Notes: a model not told the origin generated them from the sequence alone. Positions 18,599 to 28,897 are shown, counted from the first letter of the stretch. The stretch: DNA of 64,000 nucleotides from Spirochaetia bacterium (GCA_963668315.1 OY764216.1:4640001-4704000), one strand, 5' to 3'. Numbers and translations: made by a program.

Positions 18599-19042
18599 TC
18601 ACTTTCTCTGAAAATCCACGTCCTGACGCATTTTCAAACGCCATTCCTCACGGTTATCCAGCTGCTCATAAGCGACTTTTCGAATAATGACCAGTTTCCC
18701 CTTTTGGTACTCCTCATCATTCACCACTCCGAAATCCCCCTTTCCCAGATAGATCAGAGTCTCCCCTTCCTGGAGATTCTCCTTCTCCTTAATCCGGGAT
18801 AGGACGCAGTCAAAGTGGGCCGGAACCCCCTCTCCCATCAGAGAAAGGGCCGATGTGATATCCTTGATAGGTTCGCCACAGACGGGGCAGTCGGCAACTT
18901 CCCGAACCAGAGGCTTGAGGGCGATCCCCGGTCTGGGCGCCTTGACAGGCTTCTGATCTCCCTTCTTATTTTTCTGGCCTCCGCTGCGGTTCGGGGTTTT
19001 CTTATTCTTGTTCCAACGCCGCGATCTGTTATTTGAACTCAT
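18599..19042 (-). CDS. Spirochaete hypothetical protein (CxxC...HxxC)
   Basis: Basic N-terminus, CPVC...HFDC. Confidence 0.75.
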   Translation of the reverse strand: MSSNNRSRRWNKNKKTPNRSGGQKNKKGDQKPVKAPRPGIALKPLVREVADCPVCGEPIKDITSALSLMGEGVPAHFDCVLSRIKEKENLQEGETLIYLGKGDFGVVNDEEYQKGKLVIIRKVAYEQLDNREEWRLKMRQDVDFQRK

Positions 19043-19187
19043 ACTTCTCCTCGTTCAAGTGGACAATTTCATTTGTCAGTTTAACTGCGATCCTCTGTAC
19101 AGCCTGATTGAGGTATGTTCTGTCATTTATCATGTTCTTCAACTCCTCAAGCCGTTTCGGATCGGTCTCTTTTGCAATTCTTACCAT
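19029..19187 (-). CDS. Small protein, FlgM-C-terminus-like
   Basis: AAGGAG SD; KRLEELKNMINDRTY...RIAVKL. Confidence 0.6.
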   Translation of the reverse strand: MVRIAKETDPKRLEELKNMINDRTYLNQAVQRIAVKLTNEIVHLNEEKYEFK

Positions 19188-19222
19188 TCGGAGCTCCTTC
19201 TCCCTTTGGCGCCTTTCGGCTC

Positions 19223-19570
19223 CTAGAATGCATTTTCCCAATGATCCAGCTTATCCATCCTCCCTGACAGATAAATCAGATCGAATCTCGCTCTGCAGGA
19301 TTTTAACTCACTGTTTCCCAGAAGATAATACTCCGCAGACCTCCTTATCCGTTTTCGTTTTTTCCCGTCGACGGCATACTGTAAGTCCTCCGCTGTGAAT
19401 ACTTCCCAGCTTTTGACTTCCACGAATACCACAAGATTACCTTTTCTGACGATAATGTCAATCTCCCCGGCGGGGCAAATGTAATTACGCGCCAGAAGAC
19501 TGTAACCCTGTTCCCGTAGGTACTCGGCCGCCTTCTCTTCTCCTTTCCGTCCTTTCAGGTAATTAAGCAT
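19223..19570 (-). CDS. yraN: YraN family endonuclease-like protein
   Basis: GEEKAAEYL, GEIDII, FVEVK, RFD. Confidence 0.9.
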   Translation of the reverse strand: MLNYLKGRKGEEKAAEYLREQGYSLLARNYICPAGEIDIIVRKGNLVVFVEVKSWEVFTAEDLQYAVDGKKRKRIRRSAEYYLLGNSELKSCRARFDLIYLSGRMDKLDHWENAF

Positions 19571-20703
19571 TACTTGTGAAGGGACAGAAGATCCTTTATA
19601 TCCAAAGCCCTGGTGATAAACAGGGATTTGTTCTCCAGTAAATTAATGGTCGGCCCCGTGTCTCCCCGGTATTCCGTACCCTCCGCATCGATGAGCAGAA
19701 TAATCTCAGGCCGCAGGGGCGCCTCTTTATTAACGCCGATGACCCGGGCTATACTGGAATCGCTCATCATAACCAGACTTCCCAGGGGGTAAATTCCCAT
19801 ACTGCGGATAAATATCTTCAGAATATCCGGATCGAACCTCCGGCAGTTATCGCTGAGAATATTCTTCATGGCCTCATAGCCTACCATGGAATTCCGGTAG
19901 GGCCTCTCGCTGATCATGGCCTCGTAGGCATCGGCTATGGAGGTAATGCGTGAGAGGTAGTTGATCTCGTCTCCCTTCAGAGCCTGGGGATATCCCTCCC
20001 CGTCCCATCTTTCATGATGCTGCAGGGCTATCTGGGCGATATCGTCCGAAAGCCCCAGATCTCCCGTTATAATCTGATAGGAGTAAAGCGGATGGGAGCG
20101 CATGACCTGAAGCTCTTCCTTCTCCAGCTGGCCGTCCTTTGACTTGATGTTCTCCGGCACCCTGAGCATTCCCACATCGTGAAGAAGAGCCCCGTCGGCC
20201 AGCTCCATGAGGGTATCATCGTCCAGTCCCAGGGAGATTCCTATGTTCAGGGCCATGATGGCGGAGTTAAAGGCACTCTTGGCCGATTCCAGATTGGAGG
20301 AGTTGTTGCACAAAATCAGCCTGACCGATTCGAACTGCTTCTCCTTCACCCGGGAAACGATCTCCCCGGACAAAGCGTCCAGTTCATCGCGGGTGATATT
20401 TTCCATACGGCTGATTTTTTCCATCAGTCCGTTCAGTTTTTCCACCGTATTGGAGTAGAACTCAAAGAGCTCCGTATCGGAAGGAACGCCCCACATCTGC
20501 TGGGAATCGGGCTGAAAAAGAGGGGGAAGCGAACGAATATGGCCTTCCGTCTCCACCTGGGTAATTCCCCATTTCCTCAGACGTTCTATATCCTTCTGTT
20601 TGATTTTTATTCCGGCGGGGACAAAAAGACTGTTGCCTTCGAGAAAAACGGGCTGATCGAATTCCATGCCCGGTTCAAGATCATCTACTTGCAATATATT
20701 CAT
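19570..20703 (-). CDS. HD-GYP c-di-GMP phosphodiesterase
   Basis: LLHDVG, HHERWDGEGYP, ADAYEAM. Confidence 0.9.
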   Translation of the reverse strand: MNILQVDDLEPGMEFDQPVFLEGNSLFVPAGIKIKQKDIERLRKWGITQVETEGHIRSLPPLFQPDSQQMWGVPSDTELFEFYSNTVEKLNGLMEKISRMENITRDELDALSGEIVSRVKEKQFESVRLILCNNSSNLESAKSAFNSAIMALNIGISLGLDDDTLMELADGALLHDVGMLRVPENIKSKDGQLEKEELQVMRSHPLYSYQIITGDLGLSDDIAQIALQHHERWDGEGYPQALKGDEINYLSRITSIADAYEAMISERPYRNSMVGYEAMKNILSDNCRRFDPDILKIFIRSMGIYPLGSLVMMSDSSIARVIGVNKEAPLRPEIILLIDAEGTEYRGDTGPTINLLENKSLFITRALDIKDLLSLHK

Positions 20704-20963
20704 CCCTTATCCTCCAGAGAATACACAAAACTAAGGATCTCGGCGGTTATCCCGTAATACTCCTCGGGAATTTCCCGTCCTAACTCCACAGTATACAGAC
20801 TTTCCGCCAGAGCGGGAATATCCATAACGGGAATCCCTTCTTCCCGGGCTTTCGCTTCGATCCTGTCGGCCCTATGACCCTGTCCCTTTGCCGTAACGAC
20901 GGGGGCGTTATGCAGCTCTTTTTTATATTCAAGGGCTACCGCCTTGTTTCTGCCTTCTTTCAT
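20700..20963 (-). CDS. FlhB C-terminal-like (EscU/YscU/HrcU switch) protein
   Basis: KAVALEY...APVVTAKG...EIPEEYY. Confidence 0.85.
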   Translation of the reverse strand: MKEGRNKAVALEYKKELHNAPVVTAKGQGHRADRIEAKAREEGIPVMDIPALAESLYTVELGREIPEEYYGITAEILSFVYSLEDKG

Positions 20964-21745
20964 AGGACGATGTCAACCATATGGTCCGGTTCTCTATTAC
21001 CAGTATCGGAAAAAAAAGAATCCTCCTGTAAGATTTTCATTCTCTTTTCCACGGAAATTCCATATCCCGCCATATTCCTCCGGAATTCCTCCCATGAAGC
21101 GGGCGGATCGCCGATCAGCCCTTCGTCATCGGTATAGACTTCCATCAGCCCCTGAGCGTCTCTTTTTCTTCTGAGAAGGAACTCCCAGGATCGCCCGCCC
21201 TTCTGAAGAGAGAGGGACATGCCGTCCTCCCTTTCCCCGTCCAGAGAAAGAAGGACAGCTCCCCTCCCTCCTTTCCGGCGGAAGAGACGGAGATAAACCT
21301 CTTCCCCGACAAGGGGGAGAGTCTGATTTTCCCGGTTCCCCGGAAGAAGGTCCTCCCCTTCTCCCCTGGCGGCCGGATCAAGACTCTTTTCCCTGACCAG
21401 AAGCCATAAATCCCGCCACTCTGCCCGGGAAAGCCGAATGCCTCTCTTCTCAAGGAGCAGATGAAGCATCAGGGCCTGCTTTCTCTCCTCCGGGGGCAGT
21501 TGGGCCATCCGGTCAAGAATCTCTCCCCCGTCCATACGGGCTTCCAGCTTAAGGAGATCCCCCATCAGCCTCACAAGGGGTGATGAAAGAATGGGACTGT
21601 TCCGGAAAACCGCGGGAGCGGCATTGGGGACGGAAGATCCCTTGCGGTCAGGACTCCTTCCGCTTCCGGCAGAACGGCTGTGCGCTGCCTTCTCGCCCCG
21701 GGGAAGAGGGCCGGCTCCTTTGCCGCCTGAAGAGGGGATCTTCAA
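20960..21745 (-). CDS. Hypothetical protein (position typical of FliK-like partner)
   Basis: Overlaps both neighbours; precedes FlhB-C gene. Confidence 0.6.
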   Translation of the reverse strand: MKIPSSGGKGAGPLPRGEKAAHSRSAGSGRSPDRKGSSVPNAAPAVFRNSPILSSPLVRLMGDLLKLEARMDGGEILDRMAQLPPEERKQALMLHLLLEKRGIRLSRAEWRDLWLLVREKSLDPAARGEGEDLLPGNRENQTLPLVGEEVYLRLFRRKGGRGAVLLSLDGEREDGMSLSLQKGGRSWEFLLRRKRDAQGLMEVYTDDEGLIGDPPASWEEFRRNMAGYGISVEKRMKILQEDSFFSDTGNREPDHMVDIVL

Positions 21746-22575
21746 AACCGGACAACCCCGGAGGAGGGATCGTATAACTCGAAAACGAAGCCCTTCTCCC
21801 TTAACTCATCGATCAGCCGGGGAAGGGCTTCCAGAAGAACCTCCCGGTCTCCCCTGTCATGGAGCAGAACGGTGGAAGAGTGCTTCCAGAGGATCTGCCT
21901 TTCCAGGGAGCCGATCAGTTCGTCGGCATCATGGCTGTTATCGGTGACGTTCCAGTCCATATAGATATACCCGCGCCGTGTTATCCTGTCCTTCAGGTCC
22001 GCCATAAGAAGGGCCCCTTCCTCCTCGCTGCAGAGAGAGTTCCGCGATCCTCCGGGAAAGCGGACGAACATGGACCGGGTTCCCGTTACCTTCCAGATAA
22101 GCTCTTCGTTTCGGTTGAAATCCTCCATAAAGGATTCTCCGGAACGGTAAATAACGGAGTAGTCATGGGAATAGGTATGATTTCCGATGATATGCCCTTC
22201 CCCCACGGCCCTTCGGAGGAGCTCCTCCCGGGAAGAGGTCACATTGACCCCGTTAATAAAAAAGAGAGCCCGGACGTTTTTATCCTTGAGAATATCCAGG
22301 AGGTCTTCCGTTATGGCTGAAGGGCCGTCGTCAAAGGTCAGCATCACCCGGGGAGAATCATCCGAGCTCAGTGACCTGACCTCTTCCATGAGATCAAGAT
22401 TGCGTTCGGAATCCTTTCGTATCCGGTTTTCCGCCAGGGCCAGCTCCTCGCGGGACTGAAAAAGCCTCTCCTCTTCCCTTCTGAGCCGGTTGTTCTGTCC
22501 GGCGAGCAGAGCCGCGGAGAGGGACGTGAAGAAGAGAAAACACAGGGCTAGAAGAAGATAAATCCTTTTTCTCAT
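21742..22575 (-). CDS. Polysaccharide deacetylase (CE4)
   Basis: LTFDDGP, GNHTYSH, RFPGG, LLHD; N-terminal TM and coiled coil. Confidence 0.9.
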   Translation of the reverse strand: MRKRIYLLLALCFLFFTSLSAALLAGQNNRLRREEERLFQSREELALAENRIRKDSERNLDLMEEVRSLSSDDSPRVMLTFDDGPSAITEDLLDILKDKNVRALFFINGVNVTSSREELLRRAVGEGHIIGNHTYSHDYSVIYRSGESFMEDFNRNEELIWKVTGTRSMFVRFPGGSRNSLCSEEEGALLMADLKDRITRRGYIYMDWNVTDNSHDADELIGSLERQILWKHSSTVLLHDRGDREVLLEALPRLIDELREKGFVFELYDPSSGVVRF

Positions 22576-23291
22576 GTAAATATAATGGGACAAAGAAGAA
22601 GGAGGGTCAAGAGAATAAGAATCATTCCGTCCCGGAACCGGAAATGCAGAGGTTCAAGCCAGGTCCGTTCCCCCGGATGATCGAGACCGCGGTTAATCAG
22701 GGCAAAGGAGAGCTGTTCGCTGTCCCTCAGTGCCGAAACGATAACCGCCGTGAGCAGGGGAATCAGGTTTCCCAGCCTTTCGAAGAACCGCCCGTTCTCC
22801 AGTTCCATTCCCCTGGCCTGCTGAGCCTGGCGGATCTTCTGCCACCGGTCGGTAAAATCGGGGACGGACTGCAGCGCCAGGACAGCGGTAAAAGCCCAGT
22901 GGTAGGGAAACCCCATGGTCACAAGGGAGTGGATGAATGCCGACTGGCTGACCGCGGCAAGAGGATAGTAGCAGAGAAAGACAATAACGCAGAGGCGTAG
23001 GACCATAAGGGCGCTTGAGGAGAGGTTGTCGGTGCCCAGCCGGATAAAGCGCCAGGCGAAAAATGTACCCTCCCGGGAGGGAGAGAAGAGAGGCCAGAGA
23101 ATCAGTATGAACAGAACAAGGGGAAGAAGTTTCTTCCAGACGGAGGGAAGAACCCTTGCGCCGCCGGAGAGAGGAAGAAAGAGAAGATGGACGGCCAGAA
23201 GCATAACCAGGAGCCACAGGGGGCTGCGGTAGAAAAAAAGCGCCCCCAGTGCCAGCAGAACGCCGATGATGCGGGTTCGGGGATCAATCAT
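22572..23291 (-). CDS. ECF transporter transmembrane T component
   Basis: MIDPRTR, AQQARG, RG motif. Confidence 0.88.
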   Translation of the reverse strand: MIDPRTRIIGVLLALGALFFYRSPLWLLVMLLAVHLLFLPLSGGARVLPSVWKKLLPLVLFILILWPLFSPSREGTFFAWRFIRLGTDNLSSSALMVLRLCVIVFLCYYPLAAVSQSAFIHSLVTMGFPYHWAFTAVLALQSVPDFTDRWQKIRQAQQARGMELENGRFFERLGNLIPLLTAVIVSALRDSEQLSFALINRGLDHPGERTWLEPLHFRFRDGMILILLTLLLLCPIIFT

Positions 23292-24693
23292 GCCTTTTCT
23301 CCCCGCCCAGACGGATTTCTCTGTCCGCCAGGGTCTCAACAAGAGCCGGATTATGGCTGATCAGAAGAAAGCCCTTCCCCCGGGCAGTTCCTTCCCTCAC
23401 ATAGCGGACAATCCCTTCCAGGCCCGACCGGTCCTGTCCCCAGTCCGGTTCGTCAAGAATGACAAAGGGTGTGTCCCGGGCGTATACCGAGGCCAGGGCG
23501 ACCCGTTTTCTCAAGGCGAAGCTTAGAAGAGCCGGAGGCAGATCCCCGTAGCCGGTCAGACCGAATTCGGCCAGAACACCGCTGATAGTCTCCTCATCCG
23601 GATCCAGCCCGAAGGAGATCTCCTCCCTCACCGTGGAATTGAAGAGCTGGTAATCGGGATTCTGAAAAAGATACCCCAGACAGGAGGACCGCCCGGCGAT
23701 GGAAAGTCCCGTAAGATCCTTCTCTCCGAACTTCAGGGCCCCTCTCTGCATGGGCAAAAGTCCCATCATCAGGGAGGCCAGGGTCGTCTTCCCCGACCCG
23801 TTGGCGCCGGTGAGACATACCGTCCTGCCCGGTTCAAGGGTCAGGGAAAAATTCTCGAAAAGAGTCGGATACCCGGGATAGGCGAACCGGACATTCTCCA
23901 GGACAAGAGAAGGATGTTCCGGTGGATTAAAGGCTTTCTTTGAGCCGCCGCTATTTCCCGAAAAGCTGAAAGGGGAAGGACTATTCACTTCGGACAGCCC
24001 TCCCCTCTCCATGCGGAAGAGGCGGGAGGCTCCGTATTCGCTCCTGTCCCTTTCTTTCTCGGCCAGGACGATGGTTTTTCCCTGTTCCCGGTTTAGCCTG
24101 AGAAGAAGGGCCTGTATCTCCCGGGCTCCCTCGGGGTCCAGGGCGGAAAGGGGTTCATCCAGCAGATAGACCGGCGGATCCCAGGCAAGAAGGACAGCCA
24201 GAAGCAGGCGCTGCTTCTCTCCCCCGGAAAGTTCGCGGGGCTTTCTTTCCTCCATCCCGGAAAGACCGACAAAAGCCAGATTCTCTTCTATCCGCTTCTC
24301 CATATCCACTCGGAAGATTCCGCGGTTCTGCAGGGGGAAGGCGACTTCCTCCCTGACGGTGGGCGTGAAAAGCTGGGTATGGGGATTCTGGAAAGCGGCC
24401 CCCGCCGTTTCGGAGAGAACCGAAGGGTTGAGTGTTCTGATTTCCCTTTCCCCTATGAAAAGGGATCCGCCTATTTTCCCGCCGGTCACATGGGGGATCA
24501 TCCCGCACAGGGCCAGCAGCAAAGTGCTTTTCCCGCTGCCCGATTCCCCCGTGATGAGGGCAAAATCACCCTTGTCCAGGGAGAAGCTGATGCGGTCCAG
24601 TGCCCGACGGCTGAAAAAATCCGAAGCCCCGGCCTTTTCCTTCAAATCGCCGGGAACGGGATAGGTGAAGGAAAACTCCTCCGCTCTTATCAC
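23284..24693 (-). CDS. ECF transporter double ATPase
   Basis: Two Walker A motifs, FQNP twice, LSGGEKQR, LDEP twice. Confidence 0.9.
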   Translation of the reverse strand: MIRAEEFSFTYPVPGDLKEKAGASDFFSRRALDRISFSLDKGDFALITGESGSGKSTLLLALCGMIPHVTGGKIGGSLFIGEREIRTLNPSVLSETAGAAFQNPHTQLFTPTVREEVAFPLQNRGIFRVDMEKRIEENLAFVGLSGMEERKPRELSGGEKQRLLLAVLLAWDPPVYLLDEPLSALDPEGAREIQALLLRLNREQGKTIVLAEKERDRSEYGASRLFRMERGGLSEVNSPSPFSFSGNSGGSKKAFNPPEHPSLVLENVRFAYPGYPTLFENFSLTLEPGRTVCLTGANGSGKTTLASLMMGLLPMQRGALKFGEKDLTGLSIAGRSSCLGYLFQNPDYQLFNSTVREEISFGLDPDEETISGVLAEFGLTGYGDLPPALLSFALRKRVALASVYARDTPFVILDEPDWGQDRSGLEGIVRYVREGTARGKGFLLISHNPALVETLADREIRLGGEKRHD

Positions 24694-25226
24694 TCTTCTT
24701 CCCAGCTGCGGCGGGATGTCATTTCCGTAAGGGGGGGATAGGCCTTTCTTACGGCGTAAACCAGGGGAATCCCGGCGAGCCCTCCGGCGGCGACCTGAAA
24801 ACAGTTTCCCGGGATCTCACTCAGAGCGGGCCCGGCGCCGTACAGAACTGCGGCGGCGGAGAAGTAGCCCCCCACCATGATCACGCCTCCGGCCAGAACT
24901 CCGAGGATATAGGAAACCAGGGTTCCCTTCCGGCCGATGAATCCGGCCAGTAGCCCCTGTAGTCCGTGAATGATGAAAGAGAGAATCATCCAGTGGGGAT
25001 ACCCGCCGATAAGATCGGCCAGCCCCGTCCCCAGTCCGGCGGTCAGTCCGCCCACAAGGGGCCCGAAGGCATAGGCGGAAAAATAGACGGCCACATCGGC
25101 CAGGGTGATATACCCCCTGGTCGGTGCGACGGGAATTCTTACGATAAGGGTGAAAACTATGGTAACGGCCGTCATAAGTGCCACCAGGGCAATCAGGCGT
25201 ATTTTTGATGCGTTATATTTCTCCAT
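24690..25226 (-). CDS. ECF transporter S component
   Basis: IPVAPTRGYITLAD, GTGLADLIGGY; multiple TMs. Confidence 0.88.
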   Translation of the reverse strand: MEKYNASKIRLIALVALMTAVTIVFTLIVRIPVAPTRGYITLADVAVYFSAYAFGPLVGGLTAGLGTGLADLIGGYPHWMILSFIIHGLQGLLAGFIGRKGTLVSYILGVLAGGVIMVGGYFSAAAVLYGAGPALSEIPGNCFQVAAGGLAGIPLVYAVRKAYPPLTEMTSRRSWEEE

Positions 25227-25281
25227 AGGAGCATCATAATTCAGTTAAGCCGTTCCGGTCAATAAGAGGAGGAAAAAGGGG

Positions 25282-26472
25282 TTAATTTTCCAGTATGGTA
25301 ATCTCGACCCGGCGGTTTTTCACCCGCCCCGCCTCGGTCTCATTGGGTGCGATCGGTTCGGCGGCTCCCAGTCCACGGGTCATGATGAGCCTTTCGGGAT
25401 TTTCCATGTTCTCCCGCAGGAAAGCCGCCGTATTGGCCGCTCTCTGCTCGGAAAGGATAACTCCCGCATCCCAGTCGCCCACATCGGCGGCATGACCGGT
25501 AATAAGCAGGTCCCTGTCTCCGTAATAATCCAGTATCTTGGCTATCTCCCGCAGGCGGATCTTCTCCTCTTCCCTGAGCACGGGAGAATCGGGATCAAAG
25601 TGTATGTTATGCAGGGTAATGGTAATCCCCTCGTCCTCCAGGGAGACATCCGTATCTTCCAGTTCAGAGAGAGCTTCGCCCACGTCCGCCGCCGCCTGTT
25701 CCGTCAGATCCTCATGGACCGTATAAACGGCGCTTCTGACACCGTCGTAGATGACTTCCTGCCCGTCGGCCATGTCAAAGATTATGTAGAAATCCTCGGA
25801 AATCTGATAGGGCATACCCTTTTCACGGTCCCAGAGCATGGTTCTCTCTGAACGCCCCCGTACCCGTGCCGGATAGAAGTACCCGGCAATGACTTCGGGG
25901 CTGTTATTGTGAAAGATATCGTAAACCATTTCAAAATGGTCGTAGGTTTCCCCTTCGTACTCCACCTCTCCCAGATAGGTATACTCCACATTTATGGGAA
26001 ATCGTATTTCCATCACATCGTAATTTCGGCTTAAATCATGAACCTCTTCCCCCGTGGCTTTCCAGCTGTCGCCGGGGGAGATATCCCGGTCCTCGAAGAG
26101 GGGAAAATTCCGCATTACCGGACTCAGGTATTTCTTATCAACTTCCATACGGCCCAGGCCGTCCCGTTTGAAGTAGATCGTACTCTGTTCGGAAAGCTCG
26201 AAGATCTGCTGGTTCCCCTGGGCGACCTCCTCCAGGTAGTAAAAATCCCCCCGGTTCTCCGTCCATTCCCCGTCTCCGCCCTCAACTTCGATTGAAACCT
26301 TGCCCGTCACACGGCCGGACTGAAGATAGGCGCCGTTCAGGTAGACATCCTCGGCGGTTACCGACTCAATACTGTATTTATCCCCTTTCTCCAGACCGAA
26401 ACGAAAAGCCTCTCCGTACAATGTCAGGGATAGGAAAAAAAACAGGGGAATAAGAATTTTTGTCAGTTTCAT
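25282..26472 (-). CDS. OmpA-family protein
   Basis: Signal peptide; IHFDPDS, ITGHA, LSEQRA, NRRVEI. Confidence 0.88.
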   Translation of the reverse strand: MKLTKILIPLFFFLSLTLYGEAFRFGLEKGDKYSIESVTAEDVYLNGAYLQSGRVTGKVSIEVEGGDGEWTENRGDFYYLEEVAQGNQQIFELSEQSTIYFKRDGLGRMEVDKKYLSPVMRNFPLFEDRDISPGDSWKATGEEVHDLSRNYDVMEIRFPINVEYTYLGEVEYEGETYDHFEMVYDIFHNNSPEVIAGYFYPARVRGRSERTMLWDREKGMPYQISEDFYIIFDMADGQEVIYDGVRSAVYTVHEDLTEQAAADVGEALSELEDTDVSLEDEGITITLHNIHFDPDSPVLREEEKIRLREIAKILDYYGDRDLLITGHAADVGDWDAGVILSEQRAANTAAFLRENMENPERLIMTRGLGAAEPIAPNETEAGRVKNRRVEITILEN

Positions 26473-26557
26473 GCTATATTATCGGCATATAAAACATAAG
26501 TTATTAAAAAAGTCGGGAAAAACATGTCAGCACAAAAAACTTTACAACCGCTCATTG

Positions 26558-27907
26558 ATGGGGCAGAATAGACCCATGGGACTTATCGGAATCATAAACA
26601 GAGACAAAGATGTCAAGGCTCTCTTCGATAATCTGCAAGAGACGGATCTGGGAAAGACGTACGATTTCATATACCTCAGGAGCGAAGAGGAGGCGGTTCA
26701 GTTCCTGAACAACGAACTCCCCCACCTTATCGTGGTGAATTTCACCGATCTCCAGCTGGATATTTCGGGTATCATGGAGAGAATCGCCGGGGACCACTGG
26801 CTATATGACTTCGGAATCATCGCTCTCTACCACAGGGACGAGATCAACGAAGAGGATCTGGAGGAGGAGTACGGGGACTACAACATCATTCTGTCCCTGA
26901 CCTACGAACAGATCAATTCCGACCTTATCCCCCCCCTCCGGCTCATAGAAAGAAACTGCCAGCTGGTGCTGCAGAAACCTCTGAGTTCCACCTTGACGGG
27001 AGAGATCTCCGGGTCCTTCATCATAGGAAACAACCTGGACAACCTCTACCTCTACGCCCGGATCCTCATCCACTCCCTGGCCAAAGACGGCCTGATTGAG
27101 TGGTCGCGCACGGAACAGATACAATCCGCCCTCATCGAACTGCTCATCAACGCCATCGAACACGGCAACTGCCGCATCGGTTTCGAAGAGCGGGAAAAAG
27201 CCCGGGAGCGGGGAATCGAAGCCAACGAGCTGGTAGCCATAAAATCCCAGAACACCCTTTACTGCACCCGCAAGGTCACCCTCTCCTGGGAGAAAAGGGA
27301 GGATAAGCTTTACATCAAGATAACCGATCAGGGCGACGGGTTCGACACGACAAAGCTGAATCTGGAACTGGCCAACGATGAGCCCCTTTCCGTCAGCGGC
27401 GGGGGCATAGCCATGGCCAACATGATTGCCGACGATCTCTTCTACAACGAAAAGGGGAACTGCGCCACCATGGTGCTGAACCTGAAGGAAGAGGAGGACC
27501 GCCCCATACCCGAAGGATTCGTCAACGAGGAGGTTCTTGTGGTCAACCCGGGGGACGTGGTCATCCAGGAAGGGACCACCAGCGACTCCCTCTACTATAT
27601 CAGCCGGGGAACCTTCTCTGTATACGCGGGTAATAAAAAGGTGGCCCGCCTGGACGGAAGCGACGTGTTCATGGGGGAGATGGCTTTTCTGATGAACAAC
27701 ACCCGCTCGGCCTCGGTAGTGGCCGACGTGCCGGGCCGTCTGGTCAAGATCACCAGGGAAGCCTTTCTGAACGTGCTGCGCAACTATCCCCACTACGGCA
27801 TCTATCTCTCCCGTCTTCTGGCCCAGCGGCTGGACCGGGCCAATAAGCTGAATTTCCAGCTGAAGAAGGAGCTGGCCGAAAGGGAGGAGGAACCGGCAGC
27901 CCTTTAA
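26558..27907 (+). CDS. Receiver-like + RsbW-type HATPase_c + cNMP-binding protein
   Basis: ELLINAIEHGN, DQGDGF, GGGI; GEMA...RSASV. Confidence 0.85.
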   Translation: MGQNRPMGLIGIINRDKDVKALFDNLQETDLGKTYDFIYLRSEEEAVQFLNNELPHLIVVNFTDLQLDISGIMERIAGDHWLYDFGIIALYHRDEINEEDLEEEYGDYNIILSLTYEQINSDLIPPLRLIERNCQLVLQKPLSSTLTGEISGSFIIGNNLDNLYLYARILIHSLAKDGLIEWSRTEQIQSALIELLINAIEHGNCRIGFEEREKARERGIEANELVAIKSQNTLYCTRKVTLSWEKREDKLYIKITDQGDGFDTTKLNLELANDEPLSVSGGGIAMANMIADDLFYNEKGNCATMVLNLKEEEDRPIPEGFVNEEVLVVNPGDVVIQEGTTSDSLYYISRGTFSVYAGNKKVARLDGSDVFMGEMAFLMNNTRSASVVADVPGRLVKITREAFLNVLRNYPHYGIYLSRLLAQRLDRANKLNFQLKKELAEREEEPAAL

Positions 27908-28440
27908 AGGATAACCCGTCCCGAGTTCCGCGCCTCCAGATCTCTGGTGGCCTTACGGATTTCTCCCCTTTCATGGAGCTTCAATAACAGGATAAGAAAT
28001 AAACCGATAAGGGCGGTAATCCCCTGAAAGATACGCCTGAATAGTAAAATCTTGGGAATAAGTTGCCCTGAAGCGGCTGAAATAATCGCCCCTAACGACT
28101 GATAACCGCCTATCTCAGTACTGACCTTGTTCCTGAGCGCCGCATAGGTTCTCTTCATAACGTATTTATGAGCATATCGATTAAAAGGGATGGGAAGTTT
28201 ACCGGTAAGTTCTTCCATAGTTTCGTCAAACCTGCCTGAATACTCTGCCAGTTCACCGGGAGAAATATCTTTTATCCAGGCATAATCAGTATTGTTTTCA
28301 AGAATATCCATAACTTCGGAAGTCCACCGTTCGGTCTGGTCCGTAAGAATATTACCGGCAGTAAAGAGTAGAAGAATTGCCCCAATCGTAACGGCGCCTA
28401 TCAATATTATCCATATATTACTGCCTTTATTCGCCATCAT
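27904..28440 (-). CDS. Two-TM hypothetical protein
   Basis: GGAG SD; TM segments at both ends; AT-rich. Confidence 0.7.
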   Translation of the reverse strand: MMANKGSNIWIILIGAVTIGAILLLFTAGNILTDQTERWTSEVMDILENNTDYAWIKDISPGELAEYSGRFDETMEELTGKLPIPFNRYAHKYVMKRTYAALRNKVSTEIGGYQSLGAIISAASGQLIPKILLFRRIFQGITALIGLFLILLLKLHERGEIRKATRDLEARNSGRVIL

Positions 28441-28852
28441 GACTCCGATGGTTATCCGCGGGATAAGGTATGATAACCAGAGAGCTGTCCCTTTCTCCCG
28501 CGAAAAAACCTTTGTAGTATTTTTTTCTGATAATCCGGTAGCGCCATCTGCAACCGAGTTCACAGAGAACATCATACACCATCATACGTCCGCAGGGAGC
28601 CGACATAAACTGTTCAAAACTGGCATCATCAAAATAATGGCGGTTTTTTGCCAGAAGCACTGTTCGTGCCCGATATCTGCGTCCTATGGAACTGTGAAGT
28701 TCTACAGCCTTTATTATAATAAATACTAATAACAGCCCACCTACTCCTACAGCTATCGGATGAAGGTCTATAATGATCCCCAAAACGACCAGTAGAAGAG
28801 CGCCGATATCAAGAATAAAAGCCCATAGATTCAAAAAAATGAAAGTTCGCAT
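28427..28852 (-). CDS. Membrane hypothetical protein
   Basis: Two N-terminal TMs; APCGR motif. Confidence 0.7.
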   Translation of the reverse strand: MRTFIFLNLWAFILDIGALLLVVLGIIIDLHPIAVGVGGLLLVFIIIKAVELHSSIGRRYRARTVLLAKNRHYFDDASFEQFMSAPCGRMMVYDVLCELGCRWRYRIIRKKYYKGFFAGERDSSLVIIPYPADNHRSHDGE

Positions 28853-28897
28853 TAATTCCTCTGTAAGCCGATCCGGAATGTCACTCCCTGTACTGTA

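Noticed and set aside
25227..25281. Riboswitch upstream of the ECF S component
   Set aside because: Only ~55 nt, fully occupied by a leaderless promoter
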